From Diplonema japonicum (taxonomy: Eukaryota; Protista; Euglenozoa: Diplonemea): a stretch of 64,000 nucleotides of DNA. Shown in pieces: positions 56,594 through 64,000 of this stretch (within the stretch, counting starts at the first letter, position 1; each line of letters starts with the position of its first letter). A program made the translations under genes and the position numbers. Under the pieces are notes generated by a model. The model was not told the DNA's origin. It made no database searches and saw nothing but the letters and a program-made list of their open reading frames with translations. The stretch lies in the NCBI GenBank assembly GCA_964019335.1, contig OZ025659.1, positions 372,001 to 436,000 of the forward strand, in the 5' to 3' direction.

Positions 56594-57436
56594 ATGTCCG
56601 TGGAAACAGGCACGCGGCTGTGGTGGCAGCATCAGAAAGAGCTGAACGTGAGCATCGGAGTCCCCATGGAGCTGAGGGGGAAACAGATAATATTCAAACT
56701 GGAAAACCAAAAACTGAAGTTTGGATACAAGACCCCAACAGGGGAGAAGATCATCGTGGACGGCACCATGTACGGAAGGGTGGCAGTCGAGGACGCTATA
56801 TGGGACATGGACGTAGACGAGAAGGAAGGCAATAAAGTGGTGAAGATGACAGTGCCGAAGATAGGTTTCGACGACCCGTGGCCCTTCTTAACGAAGGAAG
56901 AGGTAACAGAAATTGACATGAGCGTGACAGAAAAGGTGTGGATGGAGTACAAGTTCGAAGATGGCTCTGTTGAAAAAGTGATATTTGGCTTGTACGGCAA
57001 CGTATGCCCTAGAACAAGCAAAAACTTCAAAGCCCTCTGCTCGGGTGATCTCGAGGCACCTTTGAACTACAAAGGCACCCGGATTTTCAAAGCCGTTCCC
57101 GACCTCCTCATTGCAGGGGGTGATGTGATCCACAACGACGGGACCGGGGGTGCGTCCATCTACGGGCCGTCCTTTACAGACGAGAACTTTATCGTGAAAC
57201 ACGACACACCCGGCATCCTCGGCATGACGAACCCAATACAGAATAAGAACAACAATTCGTCTCAATTCTACGTCACTACGGAAGCGAAGGACCACATGGA
57301 TCACAGAAAGGTCGCGTTTGGCATTGTACTGGATGGGTTGGAGACGATAAGAAAAATCCAGCACTGTGGCACCCCCGACGGGAGGGATATGGTGGAAGAG
57401 GTTGTCGTTGAAAACTGTGGGGTGGTGAGTGAGTGA
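56594..57436 (+). CDS. CS (p23/NudC-like) domain fused to a degenerate cyclophilin
   Basis: WWQ...IVDGTMYGRVAVEDAIW...PK...WPFL (CS); CPRTSKNFKALC, GGD...GTGGASIYG..F.DENF and NSSQFYVT (cyclophilin). Confidence 0.88.
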   Translation: MSVETGTRLWWQHQKELNVSIGVPMELRGKQIIFKLENQKLKFGYKTPTGEKIIVDGTMYGRVAVEDAIWDMDVDEKEGNKVVKMTVPKIGFDDPWPFLTKEEVTEIDMSVTEKVWMEYKFEDGSVEKVIFGLYGNVCPRTSKNFKALCSGDLEAPLNYKGTRIFKAVPDLLIAGGDVIHNDGTGGASIYGPSFTDENFIVKHDTPGILGMTNPIQNKNNNSSQFYVTTEAKDHMDHRKVAFGIVLDGLETIRKIQHCGTPDGRDMVEEVVVENCGVVSE

Positions 57437-57478
57437 GTTTTTTTTTTTTTTTTTTTTTTCCCCAATTTCTTTTTTCCG

Positions 57479-57509
<31 letters not shown>

Positions 57510-57517
57510 ATAAATGA

Positions 57518-57965
57518 ATGGGAAACCCGAATGACACGAACTATGAACTACTAGACGATGCCTGGTCCAGTGGGCTCTTCGGGTGCTTTGCTGATGTGAA
57601 CAGTTGCGGTGAGTCGGTGCTGTGCTTGCCTTGTCAGGCGGGGCGGCAGTGGAACGCAGTGGCAAATAGGGAGCCCAACAACAACAACCTTACAGTTTGC
57701 TGTGCAACCATGCTTTGTCCGTTCAGCTGCCCCATTGTGGCTGCTTTACTGCGGAAGAAACTGAGGGAAACATATCTTATCGCAGGTGTGTTTGGTGTTT
57801 GGGGGAAGGGGGAAAAAAAAAAAAAAAGAAGAAAAAAAAAATCCAGGAACCACATCCACCGACATCCTCTATTCTTTCTGTTGCATGCCTTGCGTGATTT
57901 GCCACAATGCGCGTGAACTGAACTATCGAGGGCTGCGCCCTGGAGGTGTTTGTATTATGAAATGA
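57518..57965 (+). CDS. PLAC8-family cysteine-rich protein
   Basis: WSSGLFGCF...CLPC. Intron 57786-57846 restores GTTSTDILYSFCCMPCVICHNAREL. Confidence 0.9.
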
Positions 57966-58631
57966 AGGGTTTAAAAAAAAAAAAAAAGAATGAAGAGAAA
58001 AAAAAATGAAGTAGTTATTAGAATTCGACAACTCGAACAGGGGAAGTCAAAGTGATGGTGTGGGTGTGCGTGTTTTTGTTTCGATTACTGCTCATCGATT
58101 TTTTTTTCTTTTTTTTTTTTTTCTTTTTTTTTTTTCCAGCTACGAGAGAATTTAAAAAAAAGAAAGTCTTCTTCTTTTTTTTTTTCCTTCTCTTCTTCCC
58201 CATGTTGGCAGAATCCTGCCCTTAACAAAAAAATTTAAAAAAATAATAAGAAAAAGGAAGAGGGAGGAAGAAAAAAAAAAAGAAGGGAAAAAAAAAACCA
58301 TAGAAGTACGATACAAAAAAATAAAAGAGAAAATGGAATTAAAAAAAAGTGGGGTGTGACCCCCTCCCCCCCCCCTCCCCGAACATATCAGAAAAAGAAA
58401 ATTAGGAATGAAAGGGAGAATGAAGGCGTACTGGGAAACACGAAAAAAATACAAAATGCCGCCTCACCCCACCCCTTTTTTTATTTTTTGTTCAGTCTCC
58501 TTTCTGAAAGCAGGGGGGAAAAAAAAAGGAAGAAGGAAAAAAAAAGAAAAAAAAACACCTCCCCCTTTTTTTTCCCCCGCCACATATTGCAAACCATCAT
58601 CAAAGCAACGGGAAAAAAGAGGGGGGAAAAA

Positions 58632-60068
58632 ATGAACATCGAATTAAAATGCCCTGGTAACGTCTCACACGTTGTTGAAATCGACCCCACGTGGTGTATA
58701 GCCGATCTAAAAAAAGCTGCTGCAGAAGTGCTAGGGTGTGAGGAGCAAGTGGTAGAGCTTGCAATCAATGGAGAACCGAAAAACAACTCCGATCCTCTGA
58801 GCGCGTTTCTGTCCGAAGGCGAAGTGGTGACGGCACATCCCTCTACAAAATCGATGGCGCTTGCACGACTTCTCGCCAAGCAGATCACCCCATCAAGCGA
58901 ACAATTCACCCTTGCCGTGAATCAAGGTGACGCAGATCTAGTGAGAGATCTGATGGAAGCTGGTTGCGAACTCCCCGACGAAAACGACCTGGCTTTAAAG
59001 GCAATCTGCAACCGCCATCTCGGAACCGCCATTGCTCTCCTTTCTATCCCAACAGACCCAGCCCACATATTTTTTCAACGCAACCTCCTCCACATTGCTA
59101 TAAAACGTGGATACCTATCTATAGTCGATACCCTGCTGAACCATGATTCTTGCGAATTTTCCCGGCATAATATGTACTTTGCTGTGACTGCCATCAACTG
59201 GGTTCATTTCTTCGAGGTGCTCATGGAGAACAAGGTTCAGTTTCACCAAATGCACACCATCACCAACACTGTGAACGGGTTGAACTGCGACAAGCTGCGA
59301 TACTTCCTAGCGAAGTACTCTGAGAAGATACCCCTGACATGCCTCGGGACCGCCCTTGCCTTGTCAAACCCCACCACCGCTGAGCTCATTCTCGATTGCA
59401 ACCTCAATTTATCTGCCACAACAGTCCGCGCCTTGTGCCTGTCGAGGCACCGCCATCTCGACAGTAGGATCGCTGAGGTCATCAGAAACGTACACAAGGA
59501 GATAGGCATCGGGGGAAAGAAAGCGAACCAGTACCTTCACCACGCTGTTGCGTTGGGTGCTGTGGAGATTGTCTCTGTTCTGGTGGAAGTGGGTGCGGAC
59601 GCGAACCGTGGTTTGCTTTGTTGCAAAGATGATACGATGGCAAGACACCTTGTGGAGAACTGCAAGGCGGACGTGAACTATGAATCCCGTCGCACCACGC
59701 CTCTTATTCACGCGTGTGCTGTAGGAGTGGATCTGGTGAGGTATCTTGTGAAGCAAGGGGCGAAGGTGAACCATGGCGTAACGGGGAACAACACGACTGC
59801 TGTGATCGTTGCCAGCAAGCACGGGAAGTTGGATGTTGTGGACTACCTTGTGGACAAGTGCGGTGCCGACCTCGCACACCGCACAGCTGCTGGTTTCGAT
59901 GCGATGTGCGCAGCGGCTGCGAACGGACACCTTACTGTGATGCACTACCTCCTGAAACACCACCCTAACCCCGCCCCCTACCCCAACGGCATGAATTTTG
60001 CACAGTTGGCCGACGCTAGCAACTGGGAACTCCCCGCCGCGGCAGGACAAGACACATGCAGTGGATGA
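58632..60068 (+). CDS. Ubiquitin-like domain + ankyrin repeat protein
   Basis: N-terminal Ubl-like region (VEIDPTWCIADLKKAAAEVLG); ankyrin motifs TPLIHAC, ASKHGKLDVVDYLV and AAANGHLTVMHYLL. Confidence 0.85.
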   Translation: MNIELKCPGNVSHVVEIDPTWCIADLKKAAAEVLGCEEQVVELAINGEPKNNSDPLSAFLSEGEVVTAHPSTKSMALARLLAKQITPSSEQFTLAVNQGDADLVRDLMEAGCELPDENDLALKAICNRHLGTAIALLSIPTDPAHIFFQRNLLHIAIKRGYLSIVDTLLNHDSCEFSRHNMYFAVTAINWVHFFEVLMENKVQFHQMHTITNTVNGLNCDKLRYFLAKYSEKIPLTCLGTALALSNPTTAELILDCNLNLSATTVRALCLSRHRHLDSRIAEVIRNVHKEIGIGGKKANQYLHHAVALGAVEIVSVLVEVGADANRGLLCCKDDTMARHLVENCKADVNYESRRTTPLIHACAVGVDLVRYLVKQGAKVNHGVTGNNTTAVIVASKHGKLDVVDYLVDKCGADLAHRTAAGFDAMCAAAANGHLTVMHYLLKHHPNPAPYPNGMNFAQLADASNWELPAAAGQDTCSG

Positions 60069-60278
60069 GTCGCCGAGTAGAAAAAGATGCCCCTAGAACC
60101 CGTTGCAAGAACACCTTGAAAGATGTGGGTGCAGATTCGAAATCTACCCCCCGAGAGAGATGCTCTGGTGTTTGTGCAGAAGTGCAGAGCTGTCGGATCT
60201 TACGAGCTAACCCCGAGACCCGCAGCTGCTGCTATCGATTGCTTTCAAAAATGATAAAACGGTAGGGAAAAGTTTCAG

Positions 60279-60309
<31 letters not shown>

Positions 60310-60562
60310 TGTGGCCTACCATGTCCGCAACGTTTAGCTTTCTTGAAGCTCACACCAGTGTGCGAGTTTGCCCATTTTTTAGCACGTTGGCGACGGCTGT
60401 GGTCGTTGCAAGAGCGCCTATAGGAAGTATTGCACGATTCAGTTAACAGCATAGTTTCCTTTTCTTTTTTTTTTTTGTTCCCACCACGATCTCATTTCAC
60501 TATAATGATCTCTTTTCATTCCTCTTTCCTTTTGCACGCAAACACCTCGTCTACAGGTAACA

Positions 60563-62641
60563 ATGGGCGCCAGCGATGTAGTTGATCGGTACTTCGAAAT
60601 CACGAAGAGGGGATCCTCGTATGCAGGGGAGGTGCGAGGCGGCCTGGCCACCTTCCTCACCATGTCGTACATCTTACTGGTGAACCCGCAGATCCTCACA
60701 CTATGGCTGTCTGAATTCAGCGACATTCAGAACGAGTTCTCAAAGGACATTGCAACCGCAACTGCACTGACATGCGGCTTAGGGTGTATACTGGTAGGGG
60801 TGCTTTCAAACATGCCCTTTTCCATCGGGCCCGGGATGGGGCTGAACACCTTCGTGGCGGCCCTTCTGATGAATGTGAACAGCCAGTCGCAGCTCGAAGA
60901 CGCGAAGCAGGTCTGGGGCGAGGTCACCGCCACCACCTTCCTTGCCGGAGTTGTTCTCACGGTGTTGAGCGCTGTAGGTCTGGTGTCTCCCGCCATCGCT
61001 GCCATGCCCGAGACCATCAAAACCAGCATCATGGTGGGCATAGGGGCGTACCAAGCTTTCGTCGGCATGCGTGAGATGGGTGTCATCGCCAAGTCGGAAT
61101 CGCAGTACGTCGACATCGAGCAGTTCCCCTCCTTCGTTTGGGACGAGCGCCAGAGCCCCATCTCGGGCTACGCGCAGCTCCTTTTCATGCTGAGCCTTAT
61201 CCTTACCACAGTGCTGTTCATGAAGGGTGTCAAGGGGTCCATTCTCCTGGGCATCGTGTTCTGCACTGGGATCTGCTGGAGTGCCAACATCGGCGGCGGT
61301 TCCTTCCCTACACCTCCGGTGGCCAAGCCCACCTTCGAGCACACTTTCATGAAGGTGTACTTCGAGACATGGTTCACAAGCGGTGTGGGGACGTACCTGC
61401 CGCAGATGGTCGTCATCCTGCTCATCACCATCTTCGACTGCGGCGGTGTGCAGTTCGGGATCGGGAAGCTGTTGGACCTCCCAAAAATCTATGAAGAGCA
61501 AGATATGAAGAACAAAGGACAGGGTTCTACGCTCCAAGGCGGCCAAGGCCCGATTGTGGCGCACAGTATCAGCGCGGAGTTAGGCGACGACGCATTGTAC
61601 GTCCCCGAGCCAGCGCAGACAGGCTCACCTGTGAGGAGGAAGCCGTCGTTGAAATTCGGCAGCTTCCTGGACCTGGCCACTATGCGCGTCGGCGACACGT
61701 TGGAAACGATGGGCCACAGGGAGAAGCTCGAAAGGAAACTGCTCCTGCTGCACAAGTTGGAGGAAGAGGACGACGACGGGTTGCTGAACCTCACAGCAGT
61801 GAAGGATGACATCATGGCGAAGCTTGCGGCGTACCAGCCCCTAGACGAGCCGTCCTTCTCGAACGACGAATCCGCACCGCTTATCGAACAGCCCCCCGAG
61901 CTGAAGTACGGAACGATGCTCCCAGGTAGAAGCAGCCAACTAACGTTCCTGTCTGTGGGGCTGATGAACATCATTGGAGCGATGCTTGGATCGAGTCCGT
62001 GTATTGTGTTCTTGGAATGCGCTGCAGGTGTGAAGGAAGGCGCACGCACAGGGCTGGCGTCCGTTGTAACAGGGTGCATGTTCCTCACCACAGTGGTTTT
62101 GACACCAATCTTCCAGAACGTGCCTTTATGCGCGTCTGCAGGGCCGTTGGTGTTCATCGGGTGCCTTATGATGTCACATGTGGGCGAGATCGAATGGCAG
62201 GACCTCAAACACGCACTGCCTGCATTCCTCACAATTCTCATGATGCCCTTCACATCCTCCATCACGCCGGGCATAGGGTTTGGGTTGGCTTTCTACGTGT
62301 TGATTCGTGTTGTTGATTATGCACATGATGCTATCAGTGCGGTACTGTGCAGGCCTAAATGCGCGTTGCATGTTGCCACCGAAAAGGGGGATTTCAAGAA
62401 GGTCAAAGATCTCTTGGTGAAGCACCCTGAGGCCCTTGACCACACGGATTCTAATGGGAATACCGCGCTTCATGTTGCAGTTCACCACAGTCAAATCTCC
62501 ATCATCAGATGTCTTATGGAACACGGTGCGGACCTTGAAGCGGCGAACAACGACCTTCAAACACCGATGGACATTGCGCTCCACGTCTCGAAAGGCGGTA
62601 TCTCACCCATCGTCAGGCTGTTGCAGAGTAAAATAAATTAA
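60563..62641 (+). CDS. AzgA/NCS2 purine permease with large internal loop insert and C-terminal ankyrin repeats
   Basis: EVRGGLATFLTMSYILLVNPQIL, GPGMGLN, TIFDCGG, ECAAGVKEGARTGL, PAFLTILMMPFTSSI; then ALHVA..G and GNTALHVAV. Confidence 0.9.
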   Translation: MGASDVVDRYFEITKRGSSYAGEVRGGLATFLTMSYILLVNPQILTLWLSEFSDIQNEFSKDIATATALTCGLGCILVGVLSNMPFSIGPGMGLNTFVAALLMNVNSQSQLEDAKQVWGEVTATTFLAGVVLTVLSAVGLVSPAIAAMPETIKTSIMVGIGAYQAFVGMREMGVIAKSESQYVDIEQFPSFVWDERQSPISGYAQLLFMLSLILTTVLFMKGVKGSILLGIVFCTGICWSANIGGGSFPTPPVAKPTFEHTFMKVYFETWFTSGVGTYLPQMVVILLITIFDCGGVQFGIGKLLDLPKIYEEQDMKNKGQGSTLQGGQGPIVAHSISAELGDDALYVPEPAQTGSPVRRKPSLKFGSFLDLATMRVGDTLETMGHREKLERKLLLLHKLEEEDDDGLLNLTAVKDDIMAKLAAYQPLDEPSFSNDESAPLIEQPPELKYGTMLPGRSSQLTFLSVGLMNIIGAMLGSSPCIVFLECAAGVKEGARTGLASVVTGCMFLTTVVLTPIFQNVPLCASAGPLVFIGCLMMSHVGEIEWQDLKHALPAFLTILMMPFTSSITPGIGFGLAFYVLIRVVDYAHDAISAVLCRPKCALHVATEKGDFKKVKDLLVKHPEALDHTDSNGNTALHVAVHHSQISIIRCLMEHGADLEAANNDLQTPMDIALHVSKGGISPIVRLLQSKIN

Positions 62642-63405
62642 TGGAAGGGGGTTTTTTTTTTTATAAAAGTGCGACATGAACAAGCATTTAAAAAAGGTGG
62701 GAGGGGGAAATAATTTTTAAAAAAAAGAGAAAATTTTCCTCCTGAAGAGGTCAGGATTATATGGCGAGGGGAGGCTAAAAATGCACCCCCTCTTTCCCCC
62801 CCTCTTAATTGCGTTCTTGGTTTATGGCTTTTTCTTTTTTTTTTTTTTGAAATTTTACAGCCATGCCTATCTGTTTTTAACGATCTGTTTTATTTTTTAT
62901 TATTCTTTTGAAGAATCACCTTGCTATATATATATTTAAATATTTTTTTTTTATTCTGTGACCCCTATTTCTCTTTTTCTCATTCTTTTTTTTGTTCCCG
63001 TTTCAAAGAAAAAAAAAAAAGAAGAACGAGAAGGGAGGAGGCACAGCAAACTAAGCAAGTGGCAAGTGACCCCCCCGATATCAGATCTCTTTTTAATCCC
63101 TTGTGGAGGGGGGTGAGAAGAAAAAAAAAGAAACTATACATTTTCTATTTAAACAAAATAAAAAGCAAGAAGGGGAAAAAAGCTGATGGATGTCCCCCCC
63201 CCCCCCCCTAAAACACCCCTTTAAAAAACAAAGAAAATCCCCCCTTCTCCTGTCCTTCTGTGCAATTTTTTTTTCTTTTTTTCTCTTCTAAAAAGGTGGG
63301 TTGAAGCTTTCTTTTTATTCTTTTCCGTGGTGTTTGCTTTTTTTTTTTCTTTTTTTTTTTTTTCTGAAAAATCTCATAACCCTAAACTACAGAAAGCGGG
63401 GAGAA

Positions 63406-63648
63406 ATGGATATTCAAGATATTGAAATGGTTCAGCGGCGAGAGGAGGATGAGGCCATGGTTATGATGAAGGAAGATTATGAGAGTGAAGAAGAAATCAC
63501 AGGCAGGTCCATGGGTGTGAACCTTTCTGAGCTTGATAAAAAGTACGACACGTGCAATGCAGTGATGTTGGGGGTGAAAATATGCTGCTTCACAGTGTCC
63601 ATTGCTACGATAGCTGTGGTGGCTGTTTTTCGTTCGGAAGGGAACTGA
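63406..63648 (+). CDS. Small acidic tail-anchored membrane protein
   Basis: 80-aa ORF after a CAG acceptor; acidic N-terminus and single C-terminal hydrophobic helix. Confidence 0.6.
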   Translation: MDIQDIEMVQRREEDEAMVMMKEDYESEEEITGRSMGVNLSELDKKYDTCNAVMLGVKICCFTVSIATIAVVAVFRSEGN

Positions 63649-63726
63649 GTGGGGGGGAAGAAGAAAAAAAAAGAGAGAGAACCAAACTGCAAGGGGACAA
63701 TCCTTCCTTTGGGTCTCTCGGTATTT

Positions 63727-63772
<46 letters not shown>

Positions 63773-64000
63773 ATGTAATACACAGAAAGGGGAACTCCCC
63801 TCCCCTCCCTTCGATTCACCCATTATTCCAAAGCTTTCACACATTTCTTTTTTCCCCTTGCTTGGCAAGGGAAACAAAAACAGTACAAAACAAAAAGTCG
63901 GGGGAACAAAGCTTTGTTCGGCCTCTGCAGCATGGATAAAACCCGGCTTTTGCACTTTTTTTTTATACGCCATATGCACCCCCCCCCCCCCACCACCACC

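Noticed and set aside
3461-57846. Programmed frameshifts, pseudogenes or alternative genetic code to explain broken ORFs
   Set aside because: Each break is resolved by a short GT-AG intron, and TAA, TAG and TGA all serve as normal stops.
60056-60265. Small ORFs or readthrough after the Ubl-ankyrin gene
   Set aside because: Readthrough meets another stop within four codons; the short ORFs have no convincing motif.
58-62584. Long minus-strand ORFs overlapping genes
   Set aside because: Antisense shadows of GC3-rich CDSs with no recognisable motifs.

Overview
Eukaryotic nuclear DNA, almost certainly a euglenozoan and most likely a diplonemid (inference). The F1-ATPase gamma subunit closely follows the trypanosomatid-type sequence (MSGKLKFYSEKLAGY... 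and ...AVEGQLTNI...NKTRQGAITTALIEILSAM). All ~30 credible genes lie on the + strand as one directional cluster, yet the genes carry many tiny GT-AG cis-introns (19 reconstructed, 32-85 nt). Intergenic DNA is dominated by A/T/C/G homopolymers, and there is one 200-N scaffold gap (26039-26238). Recognisable genes include HEN1, SPT1/LCB1, glycine amidinotransferase, a PhyH dioxygenase fused to an intron-hidden CW zinc finger, prolyl 4-hydroxylase, a multi-GAF PDE, an AIR9-like protein, a kinesin, a Nopp140/nucleolin hybrid with GGKK instead of RGG boxes, ATP synthase gamma, a CS-pseudo-cyclophilin, PLAC8 and an AzgA-ankyrin fusion. The most striking non-coding feature is a ~570-bp element at 6084-6654. 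It combines a strand-specific hairpin (GCA triloop plus two tandem G.A mismatches), nested 35-bp inverted repeats and eight copies of an 11-mer, six of them in a 21-bp phased array. It looks like a non-autonomous mobile element or recombination substrate, possibly Crypton-like. All family assignments come from motif recognition by eye; no database searches were run.
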